Source: Lytechinus pictus (taxonomy: Eukaryota). Taken from it: a DNA stretch of 64,000 nt. A model generated the notes under the pieces. That model ran no database searches. It was given only the letters and a program-made list of their open reading frames with translations, and was not told the origin of the DNA. The stretch's first letter is position 1; every line of letters starts with the position of its first letter. Shown here piece by piece: positions 37,234-50,472 of this stretch. The stretch lies in assembly GCF_037042905.1 (NCBI RefSeq), contig NC_087263.1, forward strand, positions 10,108,001 to 10,172,000, read 5' to 3'. Both the position numbers and the translations under genes were made by a program.

Positions 37234-37838
37234 TTAAAGGTCAAGTCCACTCCGGAAAAACATTGATTTGTAGAAAAAGAGAAAAATCAAAGAAGGATAA
37301 CACTGAAAATTTCATCAAAATCGGATGTAAAATAAGAAAGTTATGACATTTCAAAGTTTCACTTATTTTTCACAAAACAGTTATATGCACAATTCGGTGA
37401 TATGGAAATGAGAGAGTCGCTGATGTCACTCACTCACTATTTCTTTTTTTATTGTTTGAAATATACAATATTTTGATTTTTACAGATTTGAAAATATGCA
37501 ACCTCATGTTAGACCAAAAAAATGTTCGAACAATGATAATTACACATGTTCAGGAAGGAATAAAATTTATTTCACTTGACAACGAGGAGAAAACTTGAAT
37601 ATTTCAATTCCATGTAATGAAATACAAAAGAAATTGTGAGTGGATGATGTTATTGATCAGTCTCCTCATTTGCATACTGACCAGGATGTGAATATGACTA
37701 TTACGCAAAATTAAGAAAAAACTTTAAAATGTCATAAATTTCTTATTTTACATCCGATTTTGATGAAGTTTTCAGTGTTATGCTTGTTGGATTCCTCTCT
37801 TTAAATCAACATTTCATTGGGGTGGACTTGTCCTTTAA
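37234..37838. mobile_element. Kolobok/T2-like MITE, family A
   Basis: ttaaaggtcaagtccac ... gtggacttgtcctttaa. Confidence 0.8.
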
Positions 37839-37937
37839 AGAAACTATAAAAGTCACATTAATAATCTGTGCTGAAGGAGAAAGGAAAGATTCTGAGTTGT
37901 GTTTTTGATATAAAAGCTGGCATCGGGAGACTCACCA

Positions 37938-38371
37938 CCCCTCACACTGTAAAAAAAAAATTGTAATTTGAATGATGATTCCAGTGAAAAATAAGGCTAA
38001 GGACAAATTTTTAGCATGCGTGAAACAAAGCTAGAACATGATTAGAATCACGAACACTTATACATGTATCACAATCATGCATTCAATTTCTATTCCGGAG
38101 GTGAATTCCAGTTAAGTTTCACTCAAATTACGGTAAATATTTTGTGTGTGAAAGGCTTGACCTCCAAATCATCTTTTGTGGGATTTAGCTTACGTGACCT
38201 TTTAAGCACTTCTGTAGATAATACAAAATGCAATCATCGTAGGACACATACCGCCTTCGCTCCGGAATTCAAATCAGATTTCAAGTAAGCGTGTGAAAGG
38301 TACGATGATTTTAAAGATGAATTGCAATCATCATTACAATAATGATTCAAGATTCACGTGTGAAAAGGCCC
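37938..38371. mobile_element. MITE (TCACAC/GTGTGA termini), with a shorter inverted copy at 36720-36900
   Basis: attcacgtgtgaaaaggccc end is the reverse complement of gggccttttcacacgtgaat at 36720. The internal ccagtgaaaaataaggctaa segment is also mirrored. Confidence 0.6.
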
Positions 38372-38574
38372 TCAGTGATCTGATTTGATTTGAAATAACT
38401 ATCTTTGAAAGAAACTTTCACCCTCATTAATTTAATTTCTTCTTTTCTGTACTAATTATATCAAGGGTGAATTGCACTAATTTCTCCTGCTCTATATAAA
38501 TTATATCAGGGTGAATTGCAAAATTTTGCACTCTAATGAAAACACAGCAGGATATAAATAGAAAGGAAAATTCT

Positions 38575-38722
38575 GGGGAGCGTTTCATGAAAGGATTTTA
38601 TCCGACAAGTCGTGTTTTAACCGACAATTACCATAGCAACAGTACCTCTCAGCCAATCAGAATCGGGGAAAGTTGTCAGATCTGACAACTTGTCGGACAT
38701 AAATGTTGATGAAACGCTCCCC
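38575..38722. mobile_element. Short Harbinger-like MITE
   Basis: TIR ggggagcgtttcat / atgaaacgctcccc in a CTG context on both sides. Confidence 0.7.
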
Positions 38723-41066
38723 TGATCACTTGTTCTAGTGTTGTGGTGCAGTGCCATGAGGCGTGTTAAAGCGGTTCCATCACATTTGCTCCGGCGACAA
38801 TTGCTCCAATGGAAAATCTGCTCATTTAAAGTCAAACATAAAAACTAACCTCCAAAAAAAATAAACCCTAATCCTTATGTTTACATCCAATCCTAAAACT
38901 CTCTTACGATCCCAACTCTAACCCTAAGCCCTCTGAGATACTAAGAAAGGAGCAAATGTTGCAGGAGTAAATGTCGTGTCACTTTTAAAGCAATCCTTAG
39001 AGAAAAGTGTGAATAGTGTGTTAAATCAAGTAAATTAACATTAATTTGACAAAAACTATTATTACTAACAGCCTTGGCACATATCCATTCAAACGCACAT
39101 GTGCAAAACCTGAGTGGTCGTTTTAATTGGATTCTGTTGAACTAATTTCAAAATTATCATCAAAACTGGCATTCATGTTTCACTTGCAACTTATAAACAG
39201 CCGATTTTGACATTTCATGTCATTTTTAGTGTATTCAATTGATTTTCTGAAGCTGGAATCATAATCAAGAATCAAAAATCAATTTAAGCAAACATAACAC
39301 TTGATAGGTACAGTATGTTTGTTTTTCCACACAGTAATTTTGTTAATGTTCTGTACTTTGTTCATATAAGTTTATTTATTGATTTTATACTTCCTTGGTT
39401 TTGATATGATTTTTATTAAATTGTATAACTTTGAAGGCTCTGCTTCAAAACACACCTTGAGTATTTCATGTTTGCGTTATGAAAGACATTTATGTGCTAC
39501 CCACAACAAAGAAAAATGGCTAAAAGATAGGGAAATAACCTTAATTTCAGACCTTTCTTATTTCCGAGACTAAATTCAGACTAGTATTCTGTTGTCAGTA
39601 TTTTCATTTTCAATATGTCGACTGCATGCGCAAGCGATCAAATTATGCGGCTATGGCTTTTTGCACTAGTAGTCAGCATACATGTACCAACACTAGTATT
39701 CAACCTAGATGGGGCTTTCTCACAATCTGCCCTATCCGTCTATTGGACTACCATTTGGGAAAGTCAAAGTAGACTGATATAGTTGAGCAATCTACACCAT
39801 TTGAGACATTTTGCGATCTATCATCACTAGGTTGAATACTAGAGATGGCATGTTGAATACTCAAAATTGCAAAAACTATCGCCCGCATAATTTGTTCATC
39901 TGTGCATAGAGTCAACAGATTGATAAAGAAAATACTGACAACAGAATGCCTTGAATTTTCTCTTGGAAATGAAGAAAGGTCTGAAATTAAAATAAATTCC
40001 CTATTTCTGTATATCTGAGGAAGTTCTCTCCAAATGGGTTGAATTCTATCAGGTTGAATATACTCTACTGTACGGTTCATTAGTTTTCTCTACCTTGTTC
40101 AAATACACCACGGGTGAATAGTCCTTTAGAGAATACCCAGACGTAAAATAAAGTGGTGAAACTACAAGCATGAGACCATTCTATTTTGTGGTGACCTCGA
40201 GATCGCTCTAAAGTAAACAAGATTTTACCTGAAACCGCTGAGAAAGTATCGCAGTAAAGTCCTACGTTTTGCATATATGACAATGAATCTGAGCAACAGA
40301 TAATGTTTTTGAAAAGAGCAATTTAGTTTCTTTGACTGTCCATGTTAGTCTTTAGTTTTGGGGGTAAAATATGAAAATGACACATAACTTTCCAGTAAAA
40401 AGTGAAATAAGAAGTCAAGAAACTCCAAAATTTTCACATTTTCCATTCATGAACTTGGATGAAATTGGAACAATACCAGAATTTTAACAATAATCAAAGA
40501 AGCTTTGTATGAAAAATCAATTCTGAGAAGCCAGGCATACGGATATGTCTGGAAATAATTCAATTCTTTGATTGTCAACCCTAAAAATTTGTGTGCAAGC
40601 CCAGAATGTCCACGATCTTTGCTGACACTTTTTTTTGTACAACGGAGCCATATGATCGTACCATGGGCCTACTAGGTCCATGATCATACCGATGCATATG
40701 AATTATGAAATTATTACATTTTGTGATAAGTGATAACATAAAGTTTAATCTAATAATAGCAAAAGAAAAAGGATATTGGGGACATACCGGTACATACTGT
40801 ACAGTGTACATGCATCAGCCCACTTATTTATTGCATATTCATGATGGCATGCATATATGTTTTCACAATATATTGCTAAACTTTGAAATTCAATCTTTCA
40901 TGCTGTCACATTTTGATGAAATTTTCAGCAATTAGCTCTGTGAAATTCACCCTATAATTATTTTTCAGTCATAACTCTCAAGTCAATGGAGGTGAATTAG
41001 ACAGTGTTGCACTTGTTAAAAACTGTGTGGAGAGCTTTAGGAAAGGGTCAATATTATAAAGATTCA

Positions 41067-41482
41067 TATCATCATCACCACCACCACCATCATTAACAGT
41101 TTAACACCACTATTATCATCAATCATCATCATCACCATCATCATCACCACCAACTCAATCATCATCATCATCACCATCACCAAAATCATCATCATCATCA
41201 ATTAATACATGTAATCATCATCATCAATTCATAATCATCATCATCCCCATCAACATCATCACCACCATCATCATCATCATCGATCATCCTCAATCTCCTC
41301 CTAGCTCCTCATCATCATCACTATCATCATCCCCATCCAAAATGAGCCTCTTGTTCTCCTTCATCATCATCATCTTCATCATCACCACCACCACTACCAC
41401 CACCATCACCACCACCACCACCACCACTACCACCGTCATCATTAACATCACCACCATCATCGTCATCATCATCACCACCACC
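41067..41482. repeat. (CAT/CAC)n imperfect microsatellite
   Basis: Trinucleotide runs visible directly. Confidence 0.9.
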
Positions 41483-41546
41483 ATTGACACTTGAAATGTG
41501 ACCATAAACTGCATAAAATCAAGGAATTAAAAGTAAAAATACTTAC

Positions 41547-41618
41547 AGGAAACCATAGCATTGCTCCTCCAGCTAAGAAATATCCCTCGGTGCTCCCCCG
41601 GTTGGATCGACACATTGA
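41547..41618 (-). CDS. SLC5 symporter, coding exon 2
   Basis: ttcaag|TCA; SMCRSNRGSTEGYFLAGGAMLWFP|gtaagt (GYFLAG motif). 72 nt. Confidence 0.96.
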
Positions 41619-41727
41619 CTTGAAAAGAATTAACAAGCAAAAAATCATTGAATTATGACATAAATATACAAGCCTTCACAGGGTCCAAATTAATATTATT
41701 TTGCTTATCGAATTGGCAACAATCATC

Positions 41728-43185
41728 AAAGGACCAAAGTCCAACCTAACAAAAGGTTGAATAAAAAGAGAAAAATCCAACAATCACAACACTAAAAATT
41801 TCATCAAGATTGGATGTAAAATAAAAAAGTTATAACATTTTCAAATTATGCTTAAAGGGATGCTCCGGGCTGAGAATAAAATGATTTAAACAAATAAAGA
41901 AAAATTATACAAACAAAACATTGAAAATTTGATCAAAATCGGACTAGGAATAACAAAGTTATGGCATTTTAAAGATTTGCATTATTCCAGTAGAATATCC
42001 AGTGAAACAGTTCTAGGCATGTCTTCATTCAATTAGCCACTTGATGATGTCATATCCCCACTTGTTATTTTGTATAATTATTATATGAAATTAGGTTTAT
42101 TCAAAGTTTTTCTACCAAGAACTGAAAAAATTGGATTGACAACTGATCTAGTTCATTACATATTTATTGCTGCAACTTACCGGTATTTCATTATAAAGGA
42201 GACGCATTATTCACACATGTAAGAAAAAATGAAACAATTATTATTTCATGTAATAACATAAGAAAAAAGAAAGTGGGGATAAGACATCATCAGCCCACCC
42301 AATGAATATTCATGATGACATGCATATAACTATTTTCACAAAATATTGCTAAACTTTAAAATTCAATAAATTTGTTATTTGTTATCCTTTTTTTGATGAA
42401 ATTTTCAGCATTTCAAGCTCTGTGAACTTTACTCTATTCATTTAGATATAAATATTTTCAGCCTAGAGAACCCCTTTAAAGGGATATTTACTCCAAGTCT
42501 TCAATAACTACCGGTAACTAATGCACTTAATCAGTTGTCAATGCAATTGTTTTAATTCAATTGGTAGAAATTTTTTGAATAAACCTGATTTCATATAAAA
42601 AAAATATAAAAGAACAAGTGGGGATATGACATCATCAGTTTGCTCATTGAATATTCATGAAGACATGCCTAGAACTGTTTCACCAGAATAATGCAAATCT
42701 TTAAAATTCAATAACTTTGTTATCCAGTTTTGATCCAACTTTCAGCATTTTGCTCTGTGAATTTTACTTTATTGTATCTTCAGCCAGAGCATCCCTTTAA
42801 ATTCACATTCTGATCGGTATGCAAATGGGTCCTGACACTCATTTATATTGTTTTTATTTATGAAATATTCTAATTAGTCTCTTTATTGTCCTGTGAAACA
42901 AAGTTGCATTCCTCTCTGAAAATGTGGAATTTCCATTGTTTAACATTTTATGGTTAAAAAATTTGTAAAAATTTAAGTTGTATAATCCAAATAATAAAAT
43001 ATAAAAGAAAAAGTGAGGGACATCATCATGTCTCATTTGCATATGTCACTGAGTTAGGCATGATATATAACTGTTTTGTGAAAATAAGCAAACTTTAAAT
43101 GTCAAAATTTCTCATTATTTTTACATCCGATTTTGATGAAAATTTTCAGTATTAAACGCTTGTAAAACAAGTGATTTTTCTCTAA
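41728..43185. mobile_element. Nested MITE stack: family A host split by two family B copies (41852-42479 and 42476-42800)
   Basis: The host breaks at its internal TTAA (41852) and resumes after TTAA at 42797-42800. The inserts have ttaaaggga...ccctttaa ends and share the TTAA at 42476-42479. Confidence 0.7.
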
Positions 43186-43765
43186 ATATACATTCCATTG
43201 ATCATTGGCCTAATAAGGATTAAGGTAACAATGCAGTATGACTATGAAAGAGTTAAAAGATTATGAAAAAAATGATGACCTTGACTACAATAATAACGAT
43301 ATTGATGAGCGATGGTTCAATATAGTCTAGACTCTGACAGAAATTATGGCAATTATAAAGATAGGAGTCATCTATATCACCATCATCTATATAATGCATT
43401 GTCTTTGAGCGATATATTAGATGTCCTACACTACAGTTATATTCCAATTAACATGATTAAGCACATGTGCAGTATTAATATGCGTCTGATTCATTATTTT
43501 AGTCCTAAGTAATTGCCAATATTATTGTTATTGGCAATAACAATGCCTGTACAACAGATGGATGGATATGTATAGATCTATAACATTAGCTTATAAATAT
43601 TAGCGAAGTTTCGAGAGCTGAAGCGAGCGCGAGTTGTGTGGATCTGCAAGAGGCCACGTAATCTATGTCATTGCCCCCCTCCTGAGCTGAGGCTGTGCTA
43701 GCAGCTAGCGCACCCCTCAGTTCATCACTGTGCAAGAGTATTGACTATATAAAGAAGATACTTAC

Positions 43766-43876
43766 TCCCAAACCAACAGCGAGGACAAGCACAAAGTAAA
43801 CCACTAACACCACAATATCTACGGCAACAAATCCCTGCTGACCGTCCATCGGTGTTACGATTTCTTCTCCCTCCAT
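43766..43876 (-). CDS. SLC5 (SMIT1/SLC5A3-like) symporter, first coding exon
   Basis: ATCATGG start context; MEGEEIVTPMDGQQGFVAVDIVVLVVYFVLVLAVGLG|gtaagt, matching the SLC5 N-terminal DIxVLVxYFxxVxAVG helix. 111 nt. All 13 exons join in frame to 2091 nt (696 aa + stop). Confidence 0.93.
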
Positions 43877-43979
43877 GATGATAATCGACTAGAAAAACAC
43901 CTGTAAACTTAAATTGAGTGGAGCTAGATATTACTATTAGCGCTTGTCAATTGCATGAAAGTTTGTCGTTGTATACATG

Positions 43980-44300
43980 TAGGTGCCTACTCCTCTCGCC
44001 GCCCGCTGCATCGTCTGCTATCGCTCGCGACTGCTTTCCGATTCCTCATCAGCTGTCTCGACTCCGAGCATAAGATCCCCACCCTCCCCTATTCAATGCT
44101 CGGTTAACGATGCGATGGGGCTTTGAAATTGTCTCTTCTTTGGCTTATTTACGTAACTGTAGGCCCTAATCCTTCTTTTGTTATACCATGGACCTCCTGT
44201 ATGAATTCGGGCCGTCAGATAAGGTCCATGGTTAAACCCTAAACTCGGGCTGCCGAACCCGGGGAGGGGGGCGGGCGTCTCAGAGGGCTCGACAGACCGT
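43980..44300 (-). promoter_or_regulatory. Probable promoter / 5' UTR region of the SLC5 gene
   Basis: Locally GC/CpG-rich patch with a GGGGCGGG GC box near 44267-44276. Candidate short 5' UTR intron 43901-43990 (gtagg...tttacag on the minus strand). Confidence 0.4.
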
Positions 44301-44502
44301 CCTTAAAAATAAAAAAAACCTTGCATGTATAAAAAAAAATCCCATCCTAATGTATTTTTGGATGGTTTACCCCCTCCCCCCTCATACGGCTCAGCGAGCC
44401 AATTTGCAGACACATCATTATCCCAGAAGGCATATCAGGCTCTACCCTTTTGAGCCGGTCAACCACGCCCATTCCCGAAATACAAAACCACATGCTTATC
44501 AT

Positions 44503-44789
44503 CATGGCCCTGGGAAGCGGGGTTGCTGAAGCACCCCAAAAATTTTATTGGGGTGCTGCGTGTATTATTCTCCATATATAGGCAGCACCCACATGTATTC
44601 TGAAAGAATGTGTAAAAATTGAAAAATGTAACCCAAATGACATTTATTTTCCAGTGAAACCCCCTTTTTTTCCAAATTCCTCGGCACCCTGATTTGATGT
44701 CCATTTTGGAGTGAAAACTTTTTTTTTTCTTTTATGCTTTTCAAATTTACATCAGCACCCCCAGTAAATAAATCGTTCCCAGGGCCCTG
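44503..44789. mobile_element. hAT-like MITE
   Basis: catggccctgggaa / ttcccagggccctg termini with gcacccc subterminal repeats. Confidence 0.5.
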
Positions 44790-45802
44790 CCTTGCTTGCA
44801 TGCTTGCAATCTAGATCTCAAATGTGTATTCATATACCTAAATAAAATATTATTGTCAATAAAATTCGGCTAACTCATGTGGAACACCGTCTCAGTTTGG
44901 TAAAAGATAATTCATTTTATGGCCAGTGACAAATGATTTGTGACCCGTTTGGGCGAACGTAAAAGCCGGGGGTTAAGGCACTTAAATGTTTGATTTACGA
45001 TGCAATGAAATGCTGAAAATATTTTTTATCATCTCACTACAAACGACAAGTTTAGTCACAGAAACTGGATGATCATGCTACTGATCCCAAGGGGGGGGGG
45101 GATATCCCGCAGTGGATGGCTGAGGATTTAAATTCCCTGGCATGGCACCGTGAAGGGAAACGGGAATTAAGGTGGTGATGGACCTAATTGAGAGAAGAGA
45201 AACCGAGATGAAAATTAAAGAGCAAGAAGCAAGAGGAAAAAGAAGAGCAAGAAGAAGAAAGAAGGAAAAGGAGAAGCAGAAGAAGAAGAAAAAGAAGATG
45301 AAAAGAGAAGAAAAAGAAGAAGAAAAGAGAAGTATGTGTAGTAGATGATAATTAGGAATGACAGGAGAGGATGAAAAAAAAAGATATATAAAAAAGTACA
45401 CTTTTATCATCACCATCACCACTACCACCATCATCTCCACCACCACCATCAAAAATCATCATTCATCACCACCATTATAATCACCGTCATGGCAATTCTC
45501 ATAATTTTTTTAGCTGGGGGGCAGGACAAATAAACTTTAAAAAAAAACTCAAAATCGAGGGAGCGAGGCGACAGAGCTTGTCATTCGGGTGCTTTTGTAT
45601 TTTGTAAAGTGGACTTAAGGAAGGAAGGCTGTGTACGCCCATGACTACAATCACCTAATTTGCTGTGCAAACCCTTGACTCGTGGAAAGTGGTCTGAATA
45701 TGGAGCCTAAAAACACTGGCAGTGACTTATTTGCAGAAGACCACTCTCATTTAGAAACTGGAATAGCAATTTCTATTTGTGCTAGTCTTGTGTGAAGACC
45801 CA

Positions 45803-47302
45803 ATTGTTGATTAAAATTTCAATCAGGGTTTGTGCCTGCAGACTAACATTCACCGACATCATCATCATGATCATTATTGCCATCATCATCAGAATCATCA
45901 CTACTATCTATCATCACCTTGATCATCAAAAAGATGAAAATAAACAAGGGTAGAGGAAGGATACGAACAAACAAAATACAAAAACTAATTTACAAATTTC
46001 TCAATCAAATTAGATCATTGTTGATAAAAAATTCAATCAGGGTTGTGCCTGCAGACTAACATTCACCGACATCATCATCATGATCATTATTGCCATCATC
46101 ATCAGAATCATCACTACTATCTATCATCACCTTGATCATCAAAAAGATGAAAATAAACAAGGGAAGAGGAAGGATACGAACAAACAAAATACAAAAACTA
46201 ATTTACAAATTTCTCAATCAAATCAGATCATTGTTGATAAAAAATTCAATCAGGGTTGTGCCTGCAGACTAACATTCACCGACATCATCATCATGATCAT
46301 TATTGCCATCATCATCAGAATCATCACTACTATCTATCATCACCTTGATCATCAAAAAGATGAAAATAAACAAGGGAAGAGGAAGGATACGAACAAACAA
46401 AATACAAAAACTAATTTACAAATTTCTCAATCAAATTAGATCATTGTTGATAAAAAATTCAATCAGGGTTGTGCCTGCAGACTAACATTCACCGACATCA
46501 TCATCATGATCATTATTGCCATCATCATCAGAATCATCACTACTATCTATCATCACCTTGATCATCAAAAAGATGAAAATAAAAAAGGGAAGAGGAAGGA
46601 TACGAACAAACAAAATACAAAAACTAATTTACAAATTTCTCAATCAAATCAGATCATTGTTGATAAAAAATTCAATCAGGGTTGTGCCTGCAGACTAACA
46701 TTCACCGACATCATCATCATGATCATTATTGCCATCATCATCAGAATCATCACTACTATCTATCATCACCTTGATCATCAAAAATATGAAAATAAACAAG
46801 GGAAGAGGAAGGATACGAACAAACAAAATACAAAAACTAATTTACAAATTTCTCAATCAAATCAGATCATTGTTGATAAAAAATTCAATCAGGGTTGTGC
46901 CTGCAGACTAACATTCACCGACATCATCATCATGATCATTATTGCCATCATCATCAGAATCATCACTACTATCTATCATCACCTTGATCATCAAAAAGAT
47001 GAAAATAAACAAGGGTAGAGGAAGGATACGAACAAACAAAATACAAAAACTAATTTACAAATTTCTCAATCAAATCAGATCATTGTTGATAAAAAATTCA
47101 ATCAGGGTTGTGCCTGCAGACTAACATTCACCGACATCATCATCATGATCATTATTGCCATCATCATCAGAATCATCACTACTATCTATCATCACCATGA
47201 TCATCAAAAAGATGAAAAGAAAAAAGGGAAGAGGAATGATACGAACAAACAAAATACAACATGAAATCTTTCTAATTCACAAATTTCTCAATCAAATCAG
47301 AT
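45803..47302. repeat. Tandem array of about 7 x 213 bp near-identical units
   Basis: ORF starts recur every 213 bp (45877, 46090, 46303, 46516, 46729, 46942). Units differ at only a few positions; the last unit is more diverged. Confidence 0.97.
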
Positions 47303-47807
47303 ATTTGTGACTACCTGTATAACACAACTTTTTATAAAAAAATAAAGGCTTGATGGCATCCATGTTCTCTTTCTACTTAATTCTTTCATTTTAATATTCA
47401 TCATAAAGCCTATTATACCACAGCTCCATCTGTGGTAAACAATAATTATACACTTCTATTACCATTGTTTCAATACATAACTGATTATGATTATATTATA
47501 GTACTGCTAACCAATAATATATTTTCAATATTGCTTCATATAATTTTGAAATGGATATTCATTGGTCACACTGTGTTCACTTCTTCACTGGAAGGAATTC
47601 ACAGGTATATCAAGGAAAAGTATCATTGTGAAAACTGAATATTAATTACATGTAGATGGGGAGCAAAGTGCATCTTGATTTTTCCTAACCTAACATAAAG
47701 AGAACTCAGTGTCTAAGACTTAAGAGAAACCATAAATACAGAACTTGTATTTTTCAATATTTCACTTTACTTTTAAAGCTAAACGGGAGCCAGTGAAGTC
47801 TGAAAAC

Positions 47808-48417
47808 TTAAAGGTCAAGTCCACCTCAGAAAATTGTTGATTTAAATCAATAGAGAAAAGTCAGACAAGCATAATGCTGAAATTTCATCAAAATCGGATG
47901 TAAAATAAGAAAGTTATGACATTTTAAAGTTACGCTTATTTTTCACAAAATAGTTATATGCACAATTTAGTCACATGCAAATGAGAGAATCGATGATGTC
48001 CCTCACTCACTATTTCTTTTGTTTTTTATTGTTTGAATCATACAATATTTCAATTTTTAAAGATTTGACAATAAAGACCAACTTGACTGAAACATAAAAT
48101 GTTAAACAATGGTAATTCCACATGTTCAGGGCGAAATAAAACTTTGTTTCACAGGACAACGAAGAGAAAATTAGAATATTTCATATTTCATGTAATGAAA
48201 TACAAAATAAATAGTGAGTGTGTGATGTCATCAGTTCCCTCATTTGCATACCGACCAGGATGTGAATATAACTATTTTGTGAAATTAAGAGAAACTTTAA
48301 AATGTCATAACTTTCTTATTTTCCATCCGATTTTGATGAAATTTTCAGTGTTGTGCTTGTTGGATTTTTCTCTTTTTATTCAAATCCACTTTCGGTTGGG
48401 GTGGACTTGTCCTTTAA
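47808..48417. mobile_element. Kolobok/T2-like MITE, family A
   Basis: ttaaaggtcaagtccacc ... ggtggacttgtcctttaa. Confidence 0.8.
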
Positions 48418-50072
48418 CGGTGATTGTCATCGACTAATTTTCTCTCAGCCAATCACATGCAAGCATATTCAGTAGCTTATAACATCTGTCAGTGAGAATC
48501 GCTGTTTCGTGACACACTCCTGATTGCCACGTGCAATGCCACGAGCAAAATGGCATTCAAGAGTGCATAAATCAAGTGTTCATGGACTTAATATTACTGT
48601 ATGTAGTAATTAACAGCTTGTCAAAGAAAGAGCATAAATATAGAAATAATGCACTTTTATGAGCATGTTATGGCGATGCAGCATGTCGAGAGTATTTGCA
48701 AAATTTGAAAGCAAAAGGCACTTGCGCTGAGTGCCTATGCATGTTTATTGGGAATACCCAAGATGCCTGCATCATCACTACCATCACAAATTTAAACATG
48801 TGCATTATTTGTTTTATAAAATAGGTCAGCAGTTTGAATTCATAGTGGAAAGGTTGTTTGAATCCCTCCGAAGTTTGAACATAACACCACTGAAGAGTAC
48901 TAAACTAACAGCAGAATGTCATAGTAACACCATTAAGTGTTATAACTGATACCATCAATTATACATTGGTGTAAAATGCTTGGAATGCTTCTCTATGTAA
49001 ACCTGTGGAAAGGATTAACACGTTTCTGCAGTGAGTATAAGAATAATGTCAGGAGATGATAAACATCTATCTATCTATCAAGTCTTTACTCTATAATTAT
49101 GCATTAGAATGGAATCTTAACAACCTAAGACATAACAAGCCCACTCTACGCTCTATATATAATAGGCAAACTTTACTTTTCAAAAGTTATAATGCACCAA
49201 TATGGTGGTGAATGAAACCAAGGGAAACACTACATAAATTCATACAAATATTTTTCTGATTAATGTCATTACAAAAACATAGGAATTTTACAAATTCAAA
49301 AACTTATATCTTTATACCACAATATCAACAAATAAAGTCCACTTTATCTACATAAGTACAATAAATAATCTTCTGCATATAATATATAATACGAATAATC
49401 ATTTTCAATATTATATTTCTGCAACAAATAATACATCTATGAACTTTGTGATGGGTTATAATAAAATTTTCCTGCTTATACACAGTGTATAAATATTCTC
49501 TACCATAATATAAGGGGATCTATTTTCAACAAGGGGGCCTGTTTCCACAAAGGACTTACAACTGTTGTAACTTTGCCATTAATGGTAACTAACATAGTAA
49601 CATGGCCGAGACAATCACAATCAAGATTTCGTAATTACCATTATAATGGCATAGTTACCATAACTGCAACTTTTGCAAGTCTTTATGAACAGGTGCCAGG
49701 AATAGTCAAATTCTAATCCGAAATCCATAGCACACTACATCAATGAATGAATACAGTAAATGAAAACCACCGTAAATACAAATGAAATGGTGTGAAATTG
49801 AAGTTCTTTTTGGCCAAGTAGGCCTAAAATTCTGGGCCGTTTCTTCTGGCCCTGTTTCATAAAGATTTACGATCATGGCATGTTCTTCAATTACGATGTG
49901 GGTTCGATTCCAAGTCATGGCGTGTTTCCTTCAGCAAGAAATGTATCCACATTGTGTTGCACTCAACCCAGGTGAGATGAATGGGTACCTGGAAGGAAAT
50001 TATTCCTTGAAATGCAGTGCACGTGCTCTGTAAAAGCCAGGGTAATTATGCTGCATTACTGTAGAACACTAA

Positions 50073-50472
50073 TACCCCTTTCATAAACCCAATAAAACCT
50101 ATCCTCCAATTAGCCGCCTAAGAGTAATGCGGATAATTCAATAAAAATTGCGTTCACAAACTCCGAAAATTATCCGCATTACTTTTACGAGCGCCCGTCC
50201 TGAAAAAGGCGGATAATCGTCATGACAACTGGACACGCCCCCTCCGATGCGGTTGTGTTGGAAAAGGGTGACCTTGTGACCGCACCATGGCAATTATCCG
50301 CATTATTTGGAAATACGTTCATAAACTCAAAATCTTGTCCCGATGCCGCTATTATGCGGATAATAGCAGCATCAGAATAATGCGGATAACTCTTGTCCTC
50401 CTCTGATTTTACGACCAAATTATGCTGCTATTAGCCGCATAATCGGGTTTTATTGGGTTTATGAAAGGGGTA
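50073..50472. mobile_element. Young Harbinger-like MITE inserted in a SINE
   Basis: Perfect 27 bp TIR tacccctttcataaacccaataaaacc / ggttttattgggtttatgaaaggggta, flanked by TAA/TTA, with internal gcggataa repeats. SINE body lies to the left (about 49898-50070), its tail to the right. Confidence 0.8.

Noticed and set aside
45877..47124. Repeated 60-170 aa ORFs, or a CRISPR-like array
   Set aside because: Products of the 213 bp tandem repeat; no unique spacers, no cas genes, and recurrent stop variants.
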